Assembly (NCBI GenBank): GCA_014727915.1
Contig: WJMO01000006.1
Coordinates: 352,001 to 416,000 of the forward strand
Source: Candidatus Altiarchaeales archaeon
GTDB lineage: Archaea; Altiarchaeota; Altiarchaeia; IMC4; SCGC-AAA252-I15
Length of the DNA: 64,000 nucleotides
Direction: 5' to 3'
The notes under the pieces were generated by a model. The model was not told the origin of the DNA, searched no databases, and worked only from the letters and a program-made list of their open reading frames with translations. Shown in pieces: positions 1 through 8,404 of the stretch; positions within the stretch are counted from its first letter, which is position 1, and each line of letters opens with the position of its first letter. Position numbers and translations under genes: made by a program.

Positions 1-411
1 GTCGGTGTTAGCCGCGGATATGGCATACCTGTCTCCGCGGTACACTTCGCCTGCTCCGACCTCGTGGGTGTCGACGGTGAGATGATCCAGCCGGAAGGTG
101 CCGACCGTGAGGAGCTTTTCCATCGCGTCCTTCATGCCGGCGGGGCCGTATATGTTGAGGGGCCTCTCCCTTTCAAGGAAGTCCATCGACTGTATCATGC
201 CGCCGAGGCCGAGGAAGTGGTCTGCGTGGAGGTGTGTGATGAATATGTTGTTGAGGTTCATGAAGTTCAATCCTGCGAATCTCATCTGGCGTTGGGTGCC
301 CTCGCCGCAGTCGAAGAGCATGTGCTCCCCGAGGTAGTCCAGGTGTATTGAACTCAAGCCCCGCTTGTCTGTTGGTATGCACCCGCTGGTGCCGAGGAAC
401 GTAACCTCCAT
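1..411 (-). CDS. rnz: Ribonuclease Z (5' part; runs off the window edge)
   Basis: Manual translation MEVTFLGTSGCIPT...LFDCGEGTQRQ...FITHLHADH carries the metallo-beta-lactamase HxHxDH motif. Not in the ORF track because it has no stop in the window. Confidence 0.93.
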   Translation of the reverse strand, partial: MEVTFLGTSGCIPTDKRGLSSIHLDYLGEHMLFDCGEGTQRQMRFAGLNFMNLNNIFITHLHADHFLGLGGMIQSMDFLERERPLNIYGPAGMKDAMEKLLTVGTFRLDHLTVDTHEVGAGEVYRGDRYAISAANTD

Positions 412-419
412 TTTCTCCC

Positions 420-1682
420 TTAAAGCCTTTTTTCCACGCTCTTGCTGTGCTCCATCAGGCCCTCCTCTTCCGCCAGAGTTCTTATCGTCTTGGAAAGTGA
501 CTTCAATCCCTTCCTTGTTATCTTCTGCACGCTAGTGGATTTTAGGTAGTCCCTGACCGAGAGTTGGCTGCTGAATCTGGCAGCTCCCCCGGTGGGAAGA
601 ACGTGGTTACCCCCGGATGCGTAGTCGCCTGCGGCCACCGGACTGTAGGGTCCGATGAATATGGCGCCCGCATTGACTATCTTCTTGGATAGGTCGTCGG
701 GGCTCTTAGCAATTATCTCGACGTGTTCGGCAGCGTAGTCATTGGCGAACCGCAGAGAGTCCGATATGGATTTTGTTTTAATAATTGAGAAATTATCAAT
801 GCTTTTTGATATTATTTCAATTCTTTTCGAAGATGTTTTTTGCGTTTCTACTAGGGACTTGACCGCCCCCACGAGGCTTTTGGAGTCGGTAACGAGAACG
901 CATTTGGCGTCAGGGTCGTGCTCGGCCTGGGCCATCACATCGGAAGCTATGAACTCCGGGTCGGCCGAGTCGTCTGCGACTATCAGGACCTCGCTGGGAC
1001 CTGCGGGCATGTCTATGTCGACCTCTCCGTAGACGAGCATCTTGGCGGCGGTGACGTACTTGTTGCCAGGACCCACTATCTTGTCGACCTTAGACACGGA
1101 CTCTGTCCCATAGGCGAGGGCCGCTATGCCATGAGGTCCGCCCACCATGTAGACCTCGTCCACGCCAACGACCTTGCATGCTGCGAGCACAACATCGGAT
1201 ATGGGCGGCGGCGACGCCACCACCACCCTCTCGACACCTACCACCTCCGCAGGGGTTGCAGTCATAAGGAGGGTGGATGGATAAGCTGCCCTCCCTCCTG
1301 GGACGTAGCATCCCACACTGGACACTGGGGTCATCCTCTCGCCGGCAGTGACGCCGTCTTCTACGACCATGGACCATTCGCTGTCCACCCTCTGATACTG
1401 GGCGGTGTGGAGAGACTCTATGTTGGAGTGGGCGTGTTCCAACGCCTCGATGACCGATATGTCAACCCTCGAATATGCTTCTTGTATCTGTTCCTCACCC
1501 ACCCTCAGGGAATCTAGCTTTACCTTGTCGAATTTCTCCGTGTATTCCAGTAGGGCCCTGTCACCCCTTCTCCGCACGTCCTTGACTATGCCAGCGACAT
1601 AGTCCAATAGGCCTGAGTAGTCAGGTGAGTCCCGCCTTAATACGATTTCAAGGTCGTCTTTGCCGTATTCGAATGTCTTCAT
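420..1682 (-). CDS. hisD: Histidinol dehydrogenase
   Basis: [32 protein letters not shown] and [13 protein letters not shown] motifs. Confidence 0.97.
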   Translation of the reverse strand: MKTFEYGKDDLEIVLRRDSPDYSGLLDYVAGIVKDVRRRGDRALLEYTEKFDKVKLDSLRVGEEQIQEAYSRVDISVIEALEHAHSNIESLHTAQYQRVDSEWSMVVEDGVTAGERMTPVSSVGCYVPGGRAAYPSTLLMTATPAEVVGVERVVVASPPPISDVVLAACKVVGVDEVYMVGGPHGIAALAYGTESVSKVDKIVGPGNKYVTAAKMLVYGEVDIDMPAGPSEVLIVADDSADPEFIASDVMAQAEHDPDAKCVLVTDSKSLVGAVKSLVETQKTSSKRIEIISKSIDNFSIIKTKSISDSLRFANDYAAEHVEIIAKSPDDLSKKIVNAGAIFIGPYSPVAAGDYASGGNHVLPTGGAARFSSQLSVRDYLKSTSVQKITRKGLKSLSKTIRTLAEEEGLMEHSKSVEKRL

Positions 1683-1705
1683 CAGATAAAAATTAGCCAG
1701 TCAAA

Positions 1706-2482
1706 CTATTTAACCCTGACCAGCAGGTACACTGCTGGGTTGACCACGCTCAGATACGTGTAGACAACCGCCTGAACCATCCTGGCCAGCGCAAAGGCTG
1801 ATAGGGAAATCAGAGTGAGCGAATCGTTTATTTCCGCTGTTAGAACCAGGATCATCGTGGAAAGCGCTAGGAATGCGAAGAGGGAATTCAAGCCTGTGAG
1901 TTCCTTCCAGTTCTCCAGCCCGAGCTTGAAGCTGTTCCGGAAGCTGTCATTCACCCCCTTACCTTCCAAGACCGCCATCGGAACCACGAAGAACACAAAC
2001 ACCGAGAAAGCTATGATTAGCGCGATTCCGGACAGGGCTGCCAGCACCGTGAAGGCGAAAAAGCCCGTCAGCGCATGGAGTATCTGGAAGAAAGCGGCCA
2101 CAGTGGAGACGAACACCAGGCTTGCGAATACCGCACAGCCCAGCGCCAAGACCACCTTCCACGCCTTGAGAGCGTCCTTCAATGCGAGTGAAAGGCCTAC
2201 GTCCCCTGATGACTTCAGGTCGGCGACCATCCGAGGATACATTGCATAGGAGAGTATGTCCACCACATAGAGTAGGGGAAGGGCGGCGAAGAGGATTGCT
2301 GTCTTCCACAGGAACACTGAGACCATCTCCGGGTCTTTCATCAGGACGAAGTCCGCTGTTATCCCTATCGAATATAGCGTGAAGATTGTGTATAGTGCAG
2401 TGGTGAGCATCCGCGGAAGGAACATCTTGGGGTGTGACCTGAGCATCTTGAACGAGTCTCTCAGAACAGCAGCCAATTCCAT
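1706..2482 (-). CDS. Multi-pass membrane protein of unknown function
   Basis: 258-aa ORF with about 6 hydrophobic segments; fills the gap between neighbours. Confidence 0.75.
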   Translation of the reverse strand: MELAAVLRDSFKMLRSHPKMFLPRMLTTALYTIFTLYSIGITADFVLMKDPEMVSVFLWKTAILFAALPLLYVVDILSYAMYPRMVADLKSSGDVGLSLALKDALKAWKVVLALGCAVFASLVFVSTVAAFFQILHALTGFFAFTVLAALSGIALIIAFSVFVFFVVPMAVLEGKGVNDSFRNSFKLGLENWKELTGLNSLFAFLALSTMILVLTAEINDSLTLISLSAFALARMVQAVVYTYLSVVNPAVYLLVRVK

Positions 2483-2551
2483 GTAATGTTATGTGCTGGG
2501 CTGGTTTTATGCTGAAAATCTGATTTTATCACAGGAGGTGAGGGGGAAGGT

Positions 2552-2826
2552 TTGCTGGATTCCGTCCTTAGGACGGGTTTCAAAGCAGGATTCCTGATCA
2601 TGATTTTTGGCCTGGCACTTTACTATGTGAGTGTCTTCGAGCGGACCAGAAGACTGGGCATAGACTTCAGCTTCGTATGTTGGATGTTCAACTTCCTGCC
2701 GCCGTGGCTCAGGTCGGGTGTTTTGGGGGGGCTATTGTGCCGGGTTTTTCCATACTGTTTGGGGCGGTCAGGGATACCATTAGGATATTATGTGACAGCC
2801 TGTCAGGAAGAGGGGGTTATTGCTAG
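2552..2826 (+). pseudogene. Probable frameshifted paralog of the downstream small membrane protein
   Basis: N-terminus LRTGFKAGFLIMIFGLALYY resembles LRIGFKVGFITAVIGLVMMYY of 2857..3174. One extra G in the G7 run (2725-2731) gives a second hydrophobic helix and TAG at 2824-2826. Confidence 0.5.
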
Positions 2827-2856
2827 TTTTTTAATCCTCCAATCCGATTCTTTTCT

Positions 2857-3174
2857 ATGGGCAAATGGAAGGACGCCTTCGACCTGTTACTCCGTATCGG
2901 CTTCAAAGTTGGTTTCATCACCGCAGTTATTGGACTGGTGATGATGTACTATCAGATGCTGGCTGACGCCTTCATGCCGTTTTTGAGGTATATCCGGCTT
3001 TTGGAGGCCTTCGAAGCGAATCCCGGATGGGTTAAGATATCCCTCTTGGGCGTCCTGGTGATGGTTGCCGTCTTGTTCACCATGGTCGTTAGGGGGTGGG
3101 TGGAGGAGATGGCAGACATACTCTTCGATGACGATGATACTAGGGCTGTTGGCGTGCAGAGGCTAGACCCCTAG
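2857..3174 (+). CDS. Small two-TM membrane protein
   Basis: 105-aa ORF with two hydrophobic helices and an acidic tail. Confidence 0.7.
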   Translation: MGKWKDAFDLLLRIGFKVGFITAVIGLVMMYYQMLADAFMPFLRYIRLLEAFEANPGWVKISLLGVLVMVAVLFTMVVRGWVEEMADILFDDDDTRAVGVQRLDP

Positions 3175-3654
3175 TAGTTCGCTGTAGGTCTTGGTTGTCG
3201 CCTTTTCTTCGACCCCCAACTCCTTCAGTACTTCCATTATGCGGTCATGGTCTTCTGGTTCCTTGGATTCGACTTCCACGTATTCTCCCAGTCCTTCAAC
3301 GTCATCGCAGCATATTGTGAGCTCGCCAAGTTTGTAGGTCTTCCTCGTTTTCCTTATCGTGAAGGCTTTCTCGAATCCGAGGCGTTCCAGTAGCGGGTAC
3401 GCGTCCTCTGTTACCGGGAACTCTATCTCCTCCCTTATCTTGAGGTCGGATTTTTTCTTGGGTCCCTTGTAGGTTAGCGCATGACGTTCTGTTTTTCTGA
3501 TGCGGAGGGCTTCGTCAGATTCTCGGAGGTCCCGGCAGGGGTGTTTGAAGTAGGTGTCTTCCTGGAATACGGTATCGACGTATTCTGCCCCCAGGGATTT
3601 GACCTTTTCCTCGGCGCCCTGGCAGGGAGCCTTCGCCTCGACTTCAACCGTCAT
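3163..3654 (-). CDS. cyaB: CYTH-domain protein (class IV adenylate cyclase/triphosphatase family)
   Basis: EVEAK (ExExK) at the N-terminus, QEDTYF, ALRIR, LTYKGP, LGEYVEVE. The start overlaps the fibrillarin stop (ATGA). Confidence 0.92.
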   Translation of the reverse strand: MTVEVEAKAPCQGAEEKVKSLGAEYVDTVFQEDTYFKHPCRDLRESDEALRIRKTERHALTYKGPKKKSDLKIREEIEFPVTEDAYPLLERLGFEKAFTIRKTRKTYKLGELTICCDDVEGLGEYVEVESKEPEDHDRIMEVLKELGVEEKATTKTYSELLGV

Positions 3655-4292
3655 TTCGCCTTCAGGTTCAACAGCATATGGTCTTCCTCGTAGGGTTCCA
3701 GGCTCAGCTGCTCGAGTATCTCGAACTTTTGTGTCAGCTTTTTCTTCTCCGCTTTGAATACTTTTTTGGGGTCTTTGGCGGAGTTTATGCTCCTTGCCTT
3801 TATTGATAGCAGGGCGTGTTTGAACTTGAAGGTGTCGTAGTTGTTCAAGAGTATTCCTGCCTGGTCTGGTTGGGCGACATCCTGGATTAGTACGTCTGCG
3901 TTTGCTATTGTGTTGCTGTACTCCCAGGGGTGGCGGGCGTCGGCGAGTATGGGTATCATGTTCTGCTTCCTGTCGCAGACCGGCAGTAGCTCGCGCATCA
4001 TGCGCTTGCTGAATTCGACGCAGTATACGGTTTCGGCTATGTCGGCTATGTGGGAGGCTGTTGTCCCGGAGGATGCTCCCAGGTAGAGCACGGACGAGCC
4101 GGGGGATATTGGAAATGTCTTCATGCCTTTCGCGAGGGCTGCGGCGACCTTGCTGCGGTGGGGGTCCCACATCCTGTATTCCTTTCCCTTCTTCTTGACT
4201 GTCTTCTCGCCGTAGACCCTGTAGCCGGGCGTTTTGTTATGTGTCGCGAGCTTCCGGTCTATTAGGTAGACGCCGGGGAACTTTTCCTTCAT
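3651..4292 (-). CDS. flpA: Fibrillarin-like rRNA/tRNA 2'-O-methyltransferase
   Basis: VYGEK, WDPHRSKVAAA, VLYLGASSGTTASH, QDVAQPDQA, LEPYEEDH. Confidence 0.97.
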   Translation of the reverse strand: MKEKFPGVYLIDRKLATHNKTPGYRVYGEKTVKKKGKEYRMWDPHRSKVAAALAKGMKTFPISPGSSVLYLGASSGTTASHIADIAETVYCVEFSKRMMRELLPVCDRKQNMIPILADARHPWEYSNTIANADVLIQDVAQPDQAGILLNNYDTFKFKHALLSIKARSINSAKDPKKVFKAEKKKLTQKFEILEQLSLEPYEEDHMLLNLKAK

Positions 4293-4329
4293 GAGGGTAT
4301 ATATTGATGAGATTATTAAATAGGTTCTA

Positions 4330-5241
4330 ATGAAGGGCATTACGATAGCCTTGTTCAGTTGCATGTTCCTGGGTTTGCAGCCCGTTTTCAGCAAGGTCCT
4401 CCTCAGCTACATGCCCCCCATAGTCTTGGCTGCCATAACCTCTTTCTCGGCTGCTCTGCTGCTGATATTCATCCTTGAGATAGAGCACAAGATACGGGAG
4501 ATAGAGGAGTTGAAGAGCCGTGAGGTTTTTGTCTTGGTATTTATCGGGCTTTTGAGCGGTTTCTTCGGTCAGCTTTTTTTCGTGAACGGGCTTGCCAAGA
4601 CGACCGCAACCAACGCTGTTCTGCTGACGAGGACCAACTCGCTGTTGATCGCTATCTTCGGGGTGATGTTCCTCAAGGAGAAGCTGACGTTGAATCACAT
4701 CGTCGGCTCTGTGATAATGTTCACGGGGGTCGCCATAATAGCGACTAAGAACTTCTCGGTTTCGCTCGAGCCCGCCCAGGGCGATGTTCTTTTGATCGGT
4801 GCCGCAGTCTGCTGGGCTTCTGCGAACATCATAATGAAGAGGTACATATGCTATCTGCCCCCGGAGGTCATAGTGATAGGCAGGCATGCCGTGGCAGGGA
4901 TAGTTTTGACTTCTCTGACGTTTCAGCAGATACCTGCCGTCATCAACCTCCACATGCTTCCCTACCTGCTTGGCCTGGTCATACTGGTGATAATCGTCGG
5001 CCAGTACCTGTGGTACTATTCGCTGGAGCATACGACCGCCGAGAACGTCGGGTTGATCTCGCTGACCATACCTTTCTTCGGGGTTTTGTACTCTGTTCTC
5101 CTTTTGGGCGAGCAGCTGACCCCGTATCAGATAGTCGGGGGCTCTCTTATCATCGCGGGTCTGGCTGTGGTTGAGATACACCTGACGACATTGCATGACA
5201 TCGAGTGCAGGATAAGGGGCGTGCATACGCCCCATCACTAG
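4330..5241 (+). CDS. DMT/EamA family transporter
   Basis: About 10 TM helices in two EamA repeats (FLKEKL ... LLGEQL). Confidence 0.9.
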   Translation: MKGITIALFSCMFLGLQPVFSKVLLSYMPPIVLAAITSFSAALLLIFILEIEHKIREIEELKSREVFVLVFIGLLSGFFGQLFFVNGLAKTTATNAVLLTRTNSLLIAIFGVMFLKEKLTLNHIVGSVIMFTGVAIIATKNFSVSLEPAQGDVLLIGAAVCWASANIIMKRYICYLPPEVIVIGRHAVAGIVLTSLTFQQIPAVINLHMLPYLLGLVILVIIVGQYLWYYSLEHTTAENVGLISLTIPFFGVLYSVLLLGEQLTPYQIVGGSLIIAGLAVVEIHLTTLHDIECRIRGVHTPHH

Positions 5242-5246
5242 GTGGT

Positions 5247-5786
5247 TTACTGCACTTTGATGTCCTTACTGCCTTTTTTGGCGTAGGTTATCTCCAGGAC
5301 GCCGTTCCTGTACTGTGCCTTCTCGGGTTCGCTGCCTACTTCGGAGGGTGTTCTTATGTCTGCCCTGTATCTTCTCTCTGGATTCTCTGCTTTTAGGTGG
5401 ATGTTTGTGCCGTTCGATGTGAGTTCTATGTCCTCTTTCTCGAGTCCTGGCAGGTCTACGATGACCTTTACCTTGTCGCCTTCGTCCAGTGTGTCATGGT
5501 ATGGAGTCTCCGGTTCCTCTGAAGGTGAGATGTCCTGTGGTATCTGTGGGTTGCAGGCCGGTCCGTTACATTGGGTTTCGTTCCTGGGTAGGTTCCCGTA
5601 TTCTCTGGTGTGTGTCTTGCCGTCCGGCCCTGTGTATGAGGTGAACCCCCATACGTAGGATTGGCCGGGGTTCCTCCCAGCCCTTTGTATCATCTGGCTC
5701 ATGTACTCGTCAAATCCCTCGAAATGGCGGTCAAACTCCCCGAATAGACGGGGTTTCCGCGGTTCCTTCCTATCAAATGGAAACAT
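5247..5786 (-). CDS. hsp20: Archaeal small heat shock protein Hsp20
   Basis: YVWGFTSYTGPDGK, VDLPGLEKEDI, AQYRNGVLEI, C-terminal IKV; GGAGGTG RBS at 5791-5797. Confidence 0.93.
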   Translation of the reverse strand: MFPFDRKEPRKPRLFGEFDRHFEGFDEYMSQMIQRAGRNPGQSYVWGFTSYTGPDGKTHTREYGNLPRNETQCNGPACNPQIPQDISPSEEPETPYHDTLDEGDKVKVIVDLPGLEKEDIELTSNGTNIHLKAENPERRYRADIRTPSEVGSEPEKAQYRNGVLEITYAKKGSKDIKVQ

Positions 5787-5801
5787 AATACACCTCCTTT
5801 T

Positions 5802-5878
5802 GTTTAAAGAATATTGATTTTGTTGATATATTACAATACAAACTAGTATATAAAGGTTTCGGTTTAAAGAATCTAAAC
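5802..5878. promoter_or_regulatory. Divergent promoter with repeated candidate operator
   Basis: GTTTAAAGAAT at 5802-5812 and 5862-5872; inverted repeat GTTTA-N7-TAAAC at 5862-5878; TATATAAA at 5847-5854. Confidence 0.5.
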
Positions 5879-5884
5879 GAGATT

Positions 5885-6286
5885 ATGGTTGTTAGGATCA
5901 GGATCATGAGACAGAGGAAACCAACAGAAAACACCGTAGAGGATGAACTGGAGTGGCTATGCTCATCGCTTGGATTCTGCGAGGCCATCGACCGGGACAG
6001 GACAGCCCAGAACATTTTCAAACAGCTGATAAGGTCAAGCCACGACGGCAAGGGACTGAAAAGCGACGACCTGGCGGATATCGTCGGGAAGTCACGGGGT
6101 GCGGTCGTCAACCACCTGAACAAGCTCATATCAAGCGGGCTCGTGGTCAGGAGGGGGACAAGGTATGAGATGCGGGAGAATACACTCCACAACACCATAG
6201 CGGAGATGCGCAGGGACATGGACCGAATATTCGAAGACATGGAAAAGGTAGCAGACGAGATAGACCGGCAGATGAGAGGGGAATAG
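5885..6286 (+). CDS. Winged-helix transcriptional regulator
   Basis: HTH segment SDDLADIVGKSRGAVVNHLNKLISSGLV followed by a C-terminal coiled coil. Confidence 0.85.
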   Translation: MVVRIRIMRQRKPTENTVEDELEWLCSSLGFCEAIDRDRTAQNIFKQLIRSSHDGKGLKSDDLADIVGKSRGAVVNHLNKLISSGLVVRRGTRYEMRENTLHNTIAEMRRDMDRIFEDMEKVADEIDRQMRGE

Positions 6287-6287
6287 G

Positions 6288-7943
6288 CTACTTCTTCAAC
6301 ATCATCTCGACCCTGTTCAATGTGTCGGCTTCTTCCACGCCCTTGTCCTCCCGGACCCTCACCAGCCGGGGGAACCTTAGAGCATAGCCCGACGAGTATG
6401 TCGGGCTCTTCTGAATCTCCTCATATGCTACCTCGAACACAACCTTCGGTTTTATGACGACAGACCTCCCTTCCTGCGACGTTATCAAGGGCTTGAACAG
6501 TTCGGTCAGGCCCTTGAGCTGCTCGTCGGTCAAGCCGGTCGCCATCCTGCCTATCTCAAGGAAACCCCCGGATTCGGGGTCATAGACTGAGAGAAGGTAG
6601 CTGCCGATCCAGGACGCCCTCCTACCCTCACCCCATGTGCCTCCCGTCACGACAAGATCCAAGGATTCCATGACAGGCTTCAACTTGTACATGTACCCCA
6701 CCCTACTTCCCGGCTGGTAGGGCGCCTTCAGGTTCTTGACCATCACGCCCTCATGGCCCATGTCCAACGCCTTCTTGTAGAAGTTCTCGGCTGGTTTGAG
6801 GTCGGTCGTCACCAGGTTCTCGGCCAGCCTGAACCTGTCGGTCTCATCCACAGACTCTGACAACAGTTGCCTGCGTTCTCTGAACTCAAGCCCGGATTTG
6901 TCGCCACCGTTGTGGTAGATTATGTCGAATAGGTTAACCTCAACAGGTATCTTGTCCACCATCTCGCGTATGTCATACTTCCGCTTTATGCGCCTGGAGA
7001 GGTTCTGAAAGGGGAGGGGCCTCCTCGTCCCAACATCTACCGCCACCACTTCGCCTTCGATGACCGCCGAAGCCGCCTTCACATGGTTCAGGCTGTCCTT
7101 GACGACTTCCGGGAACTGGCGTGTCACATCCTCCAGCCTACGGGTGAACAGGGATACCCTGTCCTTGTCCTTGTGTATCTGCAATCTTGCGCCGTCGTAT
7201 TTCACCTCCAACTCTACCTCCCCCATGTCTTCAAGCGCAGACTCCAGGGACTCGGCCTTCTGGGCGAGCATCACCTTAACCGGCTGGCCGACTATGATCC
7301 CATAATCCTTCAAACCGGATTCTCCCCTGTTCTTCGCGGTCAGAGCCACCTCACCCCAGTCAGGCCGCATGTTGAACGCCCTATCAACGACGGAAGGATC
7401 GAGTTCGTAGGCTTTGGCTATGGCATCCCGTATTATTCCGTCGCCGACTCCGATGCGGAGCTGGCCGAGGATCAACCGCACGATATACCTTGAATCCTGC
7501 GGCGACGCGTTCGACAGGAGCTCTGTTATGTAGGCGATTTTCTTGTCCTGGGAGCCCTTGCCCGTCAATTTCGCGAGCCTGCCAAGGTTCTCCTGCACCT
7601 TCTCAACGGTCAGGGTCTCACTGTACAATGTGGTCTGGGGCTTGGACACAAGGGCCTCCTCCGCGACCAGCCCTATGTCTCCCTTCTCCCTTACCAGGTC
7701 GTTAAGCTTGGACTCGGCCAACCCGGAAACCGATGATAAAGCCTTGACCATCAGCTTGTCTGCTATGCCCAATTCCAGGCTGCTCCACGACGGGAAGGGA
7801 GTGCCACGTAGGAAAAGCAGGACTGTGGACAGGGATTCGTCGGGAACTTCCTTTATGAACTCGGCCACCACATCCGTCATCTCCAACCTGCCGGAGATGC
7901 CTTCCAATCGGGCGTATACGCCGGTAAGGAGAGAGTAGTCCAT
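6288..7943 (-). CDS. lig: ATP-dependent DNA ligase
   Basis: EVKYDGAR adenylation motif, EGVMVK, ALRFPR. Confidence 0.98.
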   Translation of the reverse strand: MDYSLLTGVYARLEGISGRLEMTDVVAEFIKEVPDESLSTVLLFLRGTPFPSWSSLELGIADKLMVKALSSVSGLAESKLNDLVREKGDIGLVAEEALVSKPQTTLYSETLTVEKVQENLGRLAKLTGKGSQDKKIAYITELLSNASPQDSRYIVRLILGQLRIGVGDGIIRDAIAKAYELDPSVVDRAFNMRPDWGEVALTAKNRGESGLKDYGIIVGQPVKVMLAQKAESLESALEDMGEVELEVKYDGARLQIHKDKDRVSLFTRRLEDVTRQFPEVVKDSLNHVKAASAVIEGEVVAVDVGTRRPLPFQNLSRRIKRKYDIREMVDKIPVEVNLFDIIYHNGGDKSGLEFRERRQLLSESVDETDRFRLAENLVTTDLKPAENFYKKALDMGHEGVMVKNLKAPYQPGSRVGYMYKLKPVMESLDLVVTGGTWGEGRRASWIGSYLLSVYDPESGGFLEIGRMATGLTDEQLKGLTELFKPLITSQEGRSVVIKPKVVFEVAYEEIQKSPTYSSGYALRFPRLVRVREDKGVEEADTLNRVEMMLKK

Positions 7944-7973
7944 CGAAATATATTTACGGTGCTATTAAGTTAT

Positions 7974-8387
7974 ATGCTTGTGGTCGTGGAAACCCCGAGG
8001 GGAAGCCTATCCAAGTTCGCGTTCAAGAACGGGATTTTCGAGGTCGAATACCGGACTCCCTTCCCCAGCTTCTTCAACTACGGGTTCGTCAAGAACACCA
8101 GGGGAGCGGACGGTATGCCGGAGGACGCCATCGTATTGGGGAAGACGCTGAAGCAGGGTTCGGAGGTGGAAGTCCAGGAGGTGGGGACAGTGTACTTCAT
8201 AGACGACGGTCTCGTGGACGACAAGATGATAACCTCCTTGGACGGGCGCGTTACGTTCATGGACAGGGTGATGATAACCGTGTTCTTCACTGCATACATG
8301 GTTTTCAAGACAGTGCACTACTACATCGAGGAGGACCGGGTTGTAAGGTGCAGGTACCACGGTTTCAGCCTAAAAGCAGGAATATGA
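7974..8387 (+). CDS. Short, divergent family I inorganic pyrophosphatase-like protein
   Basis: VVVETPRGS, NYGFV, DGMPED (DGDPLD-like), DDKMI. Confidence 0.75.
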   Translation: MLVVVETPRGSLSKFAFKNGIFEVEYRTPFPSFFNYGFVKNTRGADGMPEDAIVLGKTLKQGSEVEVQEVGTVYFIDDGLVDDKMITSLDGRVTFMDRVMITVFFTAYMVFKTVHYYIEEDRVVRCRYHGFSLKAGI

Positions 8388-8404
8388 AGCCGGTGTGCCC
8401 TGCG

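Noticed and set aside
64-382. Three short ORFs in the ORF track
   Set aside because: Shadow frames of rnz (1..411, minus strand), which the track missed because it runs off the edge.
3655-4170. Apparent 170-aa N-terminal extension of the CYTH protein
   Set aside because: Out-of-frame overlap with fibrillarin; the real start is at 3654.
4327-5238. 303-aa antisense ORF mirroring the DMT gene
   Set aside because: Codon-register shadow of a hydrophobic gene with no motifs; many such antisense ORFs occur in this GC-rich window.
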